A DNA stretch of 64,000 nt from Paraspadella gotoi (lineage: Eukaryota > Animalia > Chaetognatha): positions 18,492,005 to 18,556,004 of the forward strand of contig CM119268.1 in the NCBI GenBank assembly GCA_051294375.1, in the 5' to 3' direction. The notes under the pieces were generated by a model. That model did not search any database and was not told the DNA's origin. It was given only the letters and a program-made list of their open reading frames with translations. Below, piece after piece: positions 53,501 through 64,000 of the stretch. Position 1 is the first letter of the stretch; each line of letters opens with the position of its first letter. The position numbers and the translations under genes were made by a program.

Positions 53501-56434
53501 CCTTCTGTCACTGACTGTAGTTAGCGTAGTGTGATTGCCTTTCCAGAATATAGAGAGACGCTCGTATTTATCCAATGTAGTGTAGATAGCGCAAGGAGTG
53601 ACTGGAGTTGGGTTGTGTGTTCACGCAGAGATTGCTGTGTGGACAGTCGTAGCAGCAATTTAAAGTTGAGCAACTTGGCATACATCATTTATTTCCAAAC
53701 TACTTCAACTCTTGCCATATCTTTTCTCAAAGCAGCTTGCCATATCTTATTATGTTCAACTTGCATAATCATTCTATTTCAACCTCTTGCAGGGATATGG
53801 TGAGGTTAGCTACTAATTGATTGGCTATTACGACGAGACTGGGAGTACCCTTAGCGCCGTTCGGGGGCAAGGAATTGGGGTTGGGCGTGGTAAAGGATTG
53901 GGGTTTGGCGTGGCAAAGAATAGAGGTCAGGAATCATGAGAAAGACGTGAACATTTAATCATTTCACTGCTGTAGATACCACAAATGAATCCCGGACTAT
54001 TTGGTCATTAGTCTCTCTCTATACATCTGTGTTGTATATATATCTAGATAATAACAAAGCTCTCAGGTCTCAGCGAATACAGAATAGATCTATGTATATA
54101 TAAACTAATAGTGCATACAAATCATCGAGCTTAGATGACGACTAATAGATTAATATTGAGATTTCTTAATATATCGAATCAGTTTACTTACGCATTCCGA
54201 AATCTATTTTCATTTATACTATATATACCTTATATAGTATTTTTACTATCTTGGTGCTTATTACTATTTTCTCTATTTTCGCTGTCTTCACTAGTTACCT
54301 CAATTCCTCTTCATCTTCTTATATTCGTGTTCATCAGGATAATCCAAATTATACCATGAACAAGAGTGATGTACTACGCATCCTCGAGCTAATATGATAT
54401 AAATGTTAAAATCAGAATGTTGACAGGGCATAGCTATCTCGACAGTCATCAATCTCTCCGCCTCGCAATTTTCATCTCAATTCCCTTGCGAATTATACAC
54501 GATAATCTCATGCTCCCGTGCCTCTCTCACTAATCACTTGCAGTCAGTCGCTCTAATCAGATCGTCACTCTCTCTGCTCGGTGACTGCTCATCACTTCAT
54601 ATCTCATACCTCTCTACATTTATTAATTTCGGTTCTGCTCTTTGATGCCTTCGACGCTAATTGATCATTTTATCCCAATTAGTTATGAAATTCTAGAGTA
54701 GTATACACAATGACATTCAGCATCGGATAATGCTGTGTAGATCTGCCGCGATAGCGGAAAGTATCACATCTATTTTGTCGTTTTCTGTAATGTGATCTCG
54801 TTTGCACTCTTTGTTTTTTTTTGTCTATTTTCTTTCCGGGCTTTTTTCTTTTTTTCTTCGTCTTTTTTAGTGGGTGCTTAGGCTCATCTTACTCCTTTCT
54901 TATAGTTAGTGCTTTCTCGGTTCCCATTAGAGAGAATATACAGTCATAAATATCTAAGCATATTATTATATCTATAGGTAATTATTATATTTAAACAACC
55001 TTTTACAATGTATACTGTAATCGGTAATGTTTTTATTATAGCCTTAGTATATCAGATATACTCTTATATGAGATATTACAAAACGTTGATAATACAGTAG
55101 TTATCAAAGTTGATTTCTATCGAATTGTGTAAAATTAACGAATGTATAGATTGCGATTATCCGAATATTGCGTCTCGATTCTTATCTGCCAGTACTGAAG
55201 TTATTTATTTGAGTTTCTTACAATAGCTTTTTGCCCACACGTATTGATAATATGATTCCTCGGTATATATCCGAATTTCTCCTAAATCGAAATGAGAATG
55301 CGTTATAATTAGTATGAAAACGGGTTTGAAAATAGAGTAAACAATCCCATTGACGTGCATATCGATCGACTAATAATGAGGGCGCAGGCATTCAGCGACA
55401 TGTATTAAGTTAAGGATCTAAATACAATATCGTTTAAGAGATACTATAAGCAACAATTAGTTTTCATGAAATATAACGATGCAGTCAAGTACCATCCATA
55501 ATACTATGCAATGAAAGTCGCAGATGATAAGGCAGAGCAAATGACGTAATGAACCTTGAATAAATAAGAAATTTTTGTATTAATCTAGGCATATAACCTA
55601 TAAAAGTAGTCATCTTACTGATCGAAGTAATGAGCTTGACAATGAAAGGAGAGCATGCGGAAAGCGCGAGGCGAGTAAACAAAACTGTATCAATTTGCGA
55701 TCTCACCGGCGCTAGATTATCCGTTTAATACGCAGAAATTCATCAAGGATTCCTACGCAGACGACGTGTCGCGGCGTCCTCTTCTGCTCTTCTCTAGCTC
55801 TCTATCCACCTCCCGAGATGAAATAGACGCCAGTTTTATTGTATAGAGGTGACCATTTCTCCCTCTAAATTTTTGCTCGCGGAGTGAGAGTTCTACTAAT
55901 GAGAGTTCTTCGCGTCACACAGTGGTACTGTTCTTTTCTCTCTCGCAGCACAGAAGGCATTTCCTATAATCCGTGTCTCTTGCGAGTCTCCAACACTATT
56001 TATCGAGTTACCTTGCAGTTGGGTTAAAAAGAAGTCAAACCCAAACTTAATTCTGGGTCCTCTCACCAATACATAATCCGTTTAGCTATTCCTCCGTTCT
56101 CGACTTTCTCAACTACATCTTCTCTCGTATTCTTCTTTTGCCGATGTCTTCTTCAAATCTAACTTCTGAACTTCTCACTATGAGATTCAATCACATTTCT
56201 TCTGCTCAGCTACACGCACAATTCTCAATTTTTCTCTCTCTCTCTCTTCTCACATACTCATCATCGACTCAACACGGTAACGCTTTACTAGTAATTCTCG
56301 ACTGAGATTTCATTATTGATCAACTTCATGCTCATAGTATATTATGCACTTTTTTGGCCGAGTTCTCCTCGGCTCTTACTTCTCGATTTCTCTCTCTCTA
56401 TTTCTTCTCTCTTTCCTCATCTCCTGCCGTCTCA

Positions 56435-56475
<41 letters not shown>

Positions 56476-56860
56476 CTCTCTCTCTTTTCTTACTCTTTTT
56501 AACCCACGCTGCTGAAGTCACGTCCCAAGAGAGGCTCAGTGGGGGGGAGGGGGGATCAATCAGGCTGCCGNNNNNNNNNNNNNNNNNNNNNNNNNGGGGG
56601 AGGGGGGTCCAATAGGTGCCGACCAAAATAGGAGCAACAAGAAAAGGGAAATCGTGAAGGGAGCGAAGTGAAAGAAGCCTCACCAAGTAAAGAAAGGAAA
56701 TCGTGAACGTCATTCTACCTACCATTGGAAATTATCCTACGAATACCATTACTTAATAATAATAATAAATATAATAATTAATTAACTAATTTAATATAAG
56801 CTGCTTTGAATTTTGGGTCATCACGTTAAACGTCATAGGGTATTTTACGTACATACCAAA
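50600..56860. other. Insertion-riddled duplicate of ~46750-50550; probable uncorrected long-read gap fill
   Basis: Colinear anchors: 51841~47251, 52441~47691, 53875-53941=48598-48666 (clean) and 55805~49785. 56505-56850 is an inverted copy of ~49980-50260. The differences are mostly scattered insertions, and the block abuts an N gap. Confidence 0.8.
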
Positions 56861-57538
56861 TAGAACTAAATTGATAAAAATATTTCCCAAGTTATAAGCA
56901 TTTTTAATATAAGTAGAGCAGACAACAGGCAGACAGACAGACCGACCGACCGACCCGATCTACCAAAAAGTGACTTATTCAATTGCTCCGCGCATCAAAA
57001 ATTAAGGGGTACGGATACAGTTGAGTAAATTGAAGACAGAACATAACGAAATATTAGAAAAAGAAAGAAAGAGACTAAATGTAAAAGGAGAAAGGATAAG
57101 AAATGGCAGAAATGAAATATAAGAAAAAAAAAAAAAAGAAAAGTGGAAACAGTAAAAGAAAAGAAGAGGTTTGAAAGGAAAATACAAAAATATAAAAAAG
57201 TAAGGAAATATAAGAAAAAGAGTAAAAAGGGGGAAAAAAGGAGAAGGAAAAATCGTGGATTCGAGAGGCAGTGACGAGGCTTCCTCTCCAAGAACGGATT
57301 CGTATCGACTGAAGGGGGCAGGAGGGAGGGATAAAGGGGGGGAAAGATGAAGGGAAGGGGTGGGATATAAAGGGGGAGAGATAGGGGGAAGGAAAGGGGA
57401 GGGATATAAAGGGGGGAAGAATATGGGGGAAGAGACCGGAGGAAACTTGTATCGGGAGAGACGCTTACGAGGCTGTGAAAAATGGTTTGTCTAAGTGGAA
57501 CCAAAAAAAAAAGACGGCAAGGAGAGAGCGAGCGAGAG

Positions 57539-57639
<101 letters not shown>

Positions 57640-58300
57640 ACGAGAGAGAAGAACATGATACAGAAAAGAAACCCATAAAAATTTAGAAAACAAAAACAGA
57701 GAGAAAAATGGCAACCGGAAGTCGCCGTCTACGCCCCCCTCGTAGAGAACCACGCCCCTTAGTACACGCTGTTTTCACTGCGGGCGTCTTTGTCGTCGTT
57801 GTCATCGTCGTTGTCGTCATCGGCGGCAAAACGCGGTTACCCTCCTACTATCTTCGTCGTTGTTTTACGTCAATCACGGTTTTCGTTTACATTGCCATTT
57901 TTTTTTCGTTAGTATCGTCGTTTGACGTCGACATCGTCATCAAAACTCTCGTCGTCGCTGTCAACGTCAGTCTTTTGTTTTAGATTCGGAGAAACCTCGC
58001 TAGATGGAGGGAGAGAGNNNNNNNNNNGGCTTTGGTGGTTTAATGCCTCCATCACCTCGTATTATTTTATTTTCAAGTAAAATACTTTTTATTAAAATTT
58101 ACATCTATCTGTCAAGACTTTTCCAAAGCTATGTATTTTCTTCTCTCCTGCTTAAAAAAATGAAAGGTAACAAATTTTCAAAAGCAATTCAATATCAAAT
58201 GTTTATTGAACGTCGTCCTTTTTACAAATCCCTTCAAAAGGTAAAATTTAAATATAAAAGTAAATGTAAACAAATTCTCTTAATCCCGTCTCTTAACAGA

Positions 58301-60329
58301 TCACAACACCAACTCGAACTCATTCAACGTCTCCGAGATTCCCGTCGCCTTCACCACCTCGTCCAACTTAACCACATCCTCTACCGACAGCTTCGTCGCG
58401 TGCGTCTCCAACCTACGGCGCTGATAAGGACTCTGGCGCTGCGAGTCGCGGCGCAGCGCCTTCGTCTCGCATGGCGCCAACCCGCAAAACGGGATGATCT
58501 TTTCTTGCCAAATCCGCGGCGCCGTCGTCAACTCCTCGTAGGCGACGGCCAAGATGTCTTCCGCGTACTCGGGGCGCCGCTTCAGCTCAATCAGCGTCAA
58601 CGCCCCCACGAGATAAAAGCAGAAAAAGTGCGCCGTCAACGAAGACCGACCGACCGACGCCGGTTTGCCCCATCGAGTCGTCAGGAACTCTTTGTCCATT
58701 TCTCGGAAATCCAATGCCTCCATCCAAGCGAATCGCCGCGCCCACCGGTCGGCGTCGTCAACGAGCCGCTTGAAGCCGCTCAGCATCCAAGGCGGGAAGG
58801 CGGAGGCGGCGCCTTCGCCCGCCACGTCCGAGAAGAGTCGCCCGATGAGAGGAAGTTGACTCCCGAAGGCGAAGGCGTCGCAGAGGAATTCAGTGTTGAG
58901 TCGAAGCCAAGAGTTGAAGGCTGGAATCGGTCGTCGATGTGTGAAGAGGAATCGAGGAGTGAAGGGAAAAGAGTCGCGTCGGTCGGCAACGTCCTTTGGA
59001 GTGTTGGGGAGAGAAGTTTGGTTAAAACAAACATTAAATTATAACATTAGACCCAGTTTGAATTAGTTTCAACAACGATTTTAATTATTATTAAAAATCG
59101 TTGTTGAAAATAATTCAAACTGGCTCTATTTCACAAACACAACGAAAAAAGGGATTTCATATAATAATAACATTAAAAATTTTCAAGTCGTCTTTACTAA
59201 CCCCCGTATTTTGTCTGGGTCATTTCAGTCACGTAACTTTGTTGCATGAATCGTTTCGCCTTACGACAAGAAGATGAAGCGTTAATCCCATGCGAAGTCG
59301 TATCTCGCTACAAACTAAACCAACCTTTATCATCCAGGGAAGTTCGATGCAGAGTTTGATGGCGAGGATGTCGACGCTCGATCGGACGAAGAGAGGTTTG
59401 AGGATGAAGATGAAGATCGATTGGAAGAGGGCCGAGCGGGAAGGGTCAAAGGTCATGTCGAGAAGGGCCTTGAATCATGGTAAGAGTAGAATTTGGAGTC
59501 AGGTATAAACTGACAGAGAGTGACAAAGACAATGACAGAATGACAGAAAGAGAGACAAGAGACATACCCAAACGTATACGACTCACCTGCGGTTCGCAGA
59601 TGGCGACGCAGCCGGGCACGTCTTCAAAATGTTGCAGCATCAAGGTGCTGCCGCATCGGGCGGGACTGGCGATGAGGATGACCTTTTTTGTTCTTTTGTT
59701 TTCCGGGTCAGAGTTCAACTTGTTCAATTTCTCCGCCGCCAATTTTTCAAAGACGTCGTAGGGAATTATGGCGAACTCTTGGGCGTGTTGAAGGAGGGAG
59801 TGGAAGGCGAAGGCGGCCACGTCCGAGTTGTAGACATCCACTCCTAAATCGTTTCATATTAATGAAATATTGTTTAACAAAGAAATTAACAATTGTGATT
59901 TTGAGTTAGAGCAGGTGTCAAAATATTTGTCAATTGAATCGTCTCAAAAGTTAAAATTTTCCTTTCAATAAATTTCACGTACATACCGACGGTTGTTCGG
60001 ACAAAGACCGCTCCCTCGTCCGTGAGGTTGTACAGGTGAACGCGTGGATCCGACCAGACGAACGCCTGCGCGGACTCGTATCTCGCGTGCGCGTGTAGAC
60101 AAGACTCGAGGACGTTACCCAGGCTTTCGCGTATTTGAAATCTCCAAAGGATGCGACGCACCTCGACGAGCCTTTCCGGCCGACCGCCGACGAGCCGTTC
60201 GAGGCGTGGTTCGCCGAAGAGAAGTGACCGAAGGAGACGCGACGTCGCGAGAAGTTGGCGCAAAGGAATGAAGAGGAGAAGATAGAGAAAGAAGCGGAAG
60301 GCCGTCGACCAAGAATGACCGGCGGCCAT
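58301..60329 (-). CDS. Sulfotransferase-fold (P-loop) protein, ~478 aa
   Basis: Exons 60329-59987, 59843-59587, 59468-59325 and 58993-58301 join in frame via GT-AG. 5'-PSB-like LIASPARCGSTLM, then ICEPQALLD, 3'-PSB-like FLFTHRRPIPAFNSW, VAYEELTTAP and ALRRDSQ. Hydrophobic N-terminal segment FRFFLYLLLFIPL. Confidence 0.8.
59054..59123. repeat. Intronic palindrome (~30-bp arms)
   Basis: CCAGTTTGAATTAGTTTCAACAACGATTTTAAT...ATTAAAAATCGTTGTTGAAAATAATTCAAACTGG. Confidence 0.85.
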
Positions 60330-60885
60330 TTTGACTTCTCTCTTTTGTTTTGATCGAGGAAATTAAATACAATTAAAACTTGATATAAATAATTGAAGAT
60401 AAATTTTAATAAAAAGATAGATTAGTTCTAAAAAGTTTTAAGGCGTTAAGGGTCTAACACAGAACTAATATTATTTCACTTGTCAAGCTTGCACTTTGGT
60501 TCCCCAAGAAATTTTAAAAAAGGACAAAAAAGTTGATCATTTAAATCCTATCAGTTTGGCTTTCGAAATAACGCCAGTGAAATAACTTAATTAAATTTAG
60601 CTGTGTCTGTCATCGATAAAAAAAGAAGGAAAAAAAATGAAAGAACTAAAAAGCTAAAGGTTGAACTTCGGAATTGAGGCGAATTGAGTTTGATTTGTAC
60701 TATTTTTCTTTCAAAATCTTCGAACTTTGATATTTGATATCAAGATGACACGAATCCTTGTTGAAAACGTGGTTTGCGGTCTATAACCTATCAAAATTCC
60801 TAACAAAATTAATAATAGCAGGCTCTCTCTTTCTTGCTGAAGGCGCTCAAGTTAACAGTTTTATTCCATGGTGTAAAATAGACGT

Positions 60886-61012
60886 GAAATTGGTACAACC
60901 AATATAAAAATTACCCATTCATTTAATGAATAAGCTATCTTGCCCCCGACTTTGGTTTACTTTTACAAAATAATGAAATAGCAGGTTCTTGCAAGCTTTC
61001 AATCAAGACTCT
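60886..61012 (+). repeat. Repeat family X, copy 4 (internally deleted)
   Basis: GAAATTGGTACAACCAATATAAAAATTACCCATTCATTTAATGAATAAGCTATCTTGCCCC..AAGCTTTCAATCAAGACTCTT. Confidence 0.85.
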
Positions 61013-61625
61013 TGTTATTAATAACTACCAGCGGTTTGAAATTACCTTGAAAATCGATGAAAATCGTGAGAGAACAAGAAGCAAGAATATATTAAGAAAA
61101 AAGCTGACGATTAGATACTAAGGCAGAGTAAAAATTGCAGATCAAAATTTGAATAGTTGATCATGAACAGTGAGAAATAAAATTCCTCTTCATCGTCACA
61201 GACGAGATGAATTCGGCTCCATTACTTATTATTACTTCCGCCGCGATTATTATTAATTTTTCATCGACTCGACCCCGGTGAACGATACAAGGAATATACA
61301 TAAGCAATCTATCTCTCTCTCTCTCTCTATCTCTCTAAGAATAATTTCTTTTGAACTTGTTTTTAGACGTTTCTTCTTTCTTCCAAATATTAAAGATGAA
61401 GGAACATGGATTTTCAATTCAAACAACGAAAAAAGTGAAACGAAAAGGAATAAAGAAAATGTCTTCGGAATGAAATAAAAACTACGTCAAAATGGAATAA
61501 ACAGAAAGTCATCTCTCTCTCACATGAGTCTCTCGCTCTCTCTCGCGTTTGGCAATTATTCTCGAAGAAAACGCAAAAATCCGCGATTTCCGAGAAAAAA
61601 AATGATTTATAAATCATGTGAAGGA

Positions 61626-61628
61626 ATG

Positions 61629-61667
<39 letters not shown>

Positions 61668-62292
61668 TCGGCGATCTTGTCAACCAGTGCCTTGGGATCA
61701 ACGCTTCATTCAGACGCGGGATTATTCAAAACAAAAAGTCATCGAAAGAGACGACGATTACCGGGGACATCTTTGGCGCCGCATTCGTCGTCGTCGTCTT
61801 CGCTTCCACCATCGAATTCCATCCAAACACAACATTTTTCGATTCCATCTCTTTTCCATTCGCCTCCGCAGTTTGATCTTTCATCGAGGACGCTTACAAC
61901 GCAGCTGCAGCCGCCGCATCTGCTGCCAACAATACTGCGTCCTGCGAATCCGAAATCAAAATTGACGAAGTCGAAGACGTCATCGTCGTCGTCGTCATCG
62001 TCCTTCAAACCACGCCGGACGCTTCTTCCCGCCGCCAAAATCCCAAGTGCCTCCTCCTCCTCCTTCTTCCTCCTCTTCCTCCTCCGCTTCCTCTCCCTCC
62101 CCCTCGGCGCCTCCCCTCTTCCCCCGACCCTCCGCGTTGGCGCCATCTTCGATCAGCCCGACGACGCCCAAGAGTTGGCGCTGCGCTACGTCGTGGCGAA
62201 GATCAACGAGCGAAAGGATTTGTTGCCGACGACGAGGATCGAAGTCGTTGTGGAGAGAATCGGGAGGGACGACAGCTTTCATGCTTCTAAGG
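61626..62292 (+). CDS. Kainate-type ionotropic glutamate receptor, first coding exon (start uncertain; gene continues beyond the window)
   Basis: Hydrophobic FFLLFLLRFLSLPLGA, then LRVGAIFDQPDDAQELALRYVVAKINERKDLLPTTRIEVVVERIGRDDSFHASK, which matches the start of the kainate receptor amino-terminal domain (ELAFR.AV..IN....LLP, DSFHASK). Donor G|gtaagg at 62292/62293. Confidence 0.88.
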
Positions 62293-62440
62293 GTAAGGAG
62301 AAGGGGAGGAGGAAAGAGGGAGAGAGAGAGGGAGGGACGACAGCTTTCATGCTTCTAAGGGTAAGGAGAAGGGAAGGAGGGGAGGGAGAGGGAGTGAGGG
62401 AGGGAGGACAGCTTTCATGCTTCTAAGGGGGGAGAAGGGG
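62263..62440 (+). repeat. Three tandem ~68-bp copies of the exon/intron junction
   Basis: GACAGCTTTCATGCTTCTAAGGG occurs three times. Copies 1 and 2 are followed by TAAGGAGAAGGG. Confidence 0.9.
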
Positions 62441-62849
62441 AGGGACGAGGATGTCGATGGTAAAGGTAAGTAGTAAGTAAAGTAAGTAAGGTAAGTAATT
62501 CGCGGTTCTACGAAGATTAGAAACTCAAGGTTTCATATATAGTAACGGAAAAAATGATAGAGAGGGAGATGAAGTCAGAAAAAAGGAGAACATAAGGCAG
62601 AGAGAGAAAAAACTTACATGGTTTAAATGTCGTCGAGTCTCAACCGATTTCCGTTTTTTCTTTTTTTTTTTCTTTTCTGTTTTCCTTTTTTCTTTTCCTT
62701 GACGAAAAACTTCTTCGAAAAAAGAGACAAGCGAGGAAAGTCAATTTTCACGCTTGGCCAAGTTACAAGCACGATTTTGCTTGCTCTATGTTAGATGCAT
62801 GGTTATCCGTTGCGCTCTATAGAGAAGGAATAAACGTACAGTATTTAAA

Positions 62850-62929
<80 letters not shown>

Positions 62930-63213
62930 AACTATAAAAATAAAAGTATAAAACAATAAAAACAAAGGAAGAAACAAAGAAACAAAGGAAGAAACAATGA
63001 AAGAAAGAGAAAAGAAGGAAAGAAAGAAGGAAAGAAAGCAGGGGAAAAAGAGCATTAGAAATCGAGAGAAAATGAGCGACAGGGAAAAGCCCCTCGACAG
63101 AAAAAAAAGTTAGGAGTTTCTTGGGGTCGTTGTTGTTGTTGTTGCTGTTGTTGTTGTCATTGAAGCCCTTCGCGGCCCTCGAAGCCTGAAAACGTGCAGA
63201 GCCTAGCGGGAGT

Positions 63214-63284
<71 letters not shown>

Positions 63285-64000
63285 AAAGGATTGGTAGGTC
63301 AAGAGAGAGGGGAGGAGATGAGGTGAGGGCGTCCGAGTGGGCGTGGTCAAAAGGGCGGAACGGAGGTTTAATGGTTCCCGGAATAACTCTATCTCTCTCT
63401 CTCTCTCTCACTCTCTCTCTCTCTCTCTTCGCCCGGAGAAAAGCACTTGGTCAGGCAAAGAGAGGAAAAAGAGCGAGAGCGAGATTCCTCCCCTCGACCA
63501 ATTTTCTCGGCGACGAAAGATGTGGTTTTTCCTGCGGTTCGTTCCTCCCATTCTTCGTCCCCAAACCTCGCTCCCCACTCCTCGCTCCCCACACCTCTCT
63601 ACCCACACCTTGCATCCCATTCCCCTCCCCTCCCTCCCTCCTCCCTCTCCCTTACTCAATCAATTTTTTTTCTGACCTCATTCGTTAAAATCGTCATACA
63701 TATTTTAGTTTTCATTACAGTTTCTTACCTTGTTTTCTTACTTCTTTCTTTTTATTTTTTTTCCTTTTTTTCCCCGTCTTTTCTCACTTTTTTATTATTT
63801 ATTTCTCTTCTGTTTTTGACTTATTTTTTTTATCCTGAACTTCTTTACAGCGTGCTCTTCTTCTTTGTCCAACATCATTCTCATACCATCTCCAATTTCC
63901 CGCCTTTTTCCTCTTTTCTTTTAGTTTCCACTTTTTATTCCCTTTCCTTTTTATAGTTTCCGCCATGTTGGTATGCCAGACCGCCGTCGATTTGGACGCT

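Noticed and set aside
52013-55706. Small ORFs, or a second Kazal gene copy, within the duplicated block
   Set aside because: The block covers only intron, first-exon and upstream sequence, contains no Kazal domains and is probably an error-rich artefact.
58004-59044. 346-aa + strand ORF
   Set aside because: It is the antisense shadow of the GC-rich last exon of the sulfotransferase-like gene, spans an N gap and has no motifs.
59229-59324. Extension of sulfotransferase exon 3 (VGLVCSEIRL..)
   Set aside because: It runs into a stop. The donor at 59325/59324 joins exon 4 in frame and supplies the 3'-PSB motif.

Overview
AT-rich invertebrate (metazoan) nuclear DNA with spliceosomal GT-AG introns, abundant (AG)n microsatellites, six N-gaps and a stretch that looks like uncorrected long-read fill. 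It is not prokaryotic, and most listed ORFs are microsatellite noise. Six genes could be reconstructed by hand: (1) a stand-alone PAL (peptide-amidating lyase)-like gene (-, partial) that has lost two key active-site residues; (2) a divergent single-pass membrane protein with cadherin-like motifs (+); (3) an EGF-EGF-kringle protein ending right after the kringle (-); (4) a secreted 7-domain Kazal inhibitor with basic, convertase-like linkers (-); (5) a 4-exon sulfotransferase-fold protein (-); (6) the first exon of a kainate-type glutamate receptor (+). The repeats include a Penelope-like insertion with inverted pseudo-LTRs, each carrying a minimal hammerhead ribozyme, plus tRNA-derived SINEs, hAT-like MITEs and a repeat family that carries nested insertions in two of four copies. 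All calls were made by eye; no searches were run.
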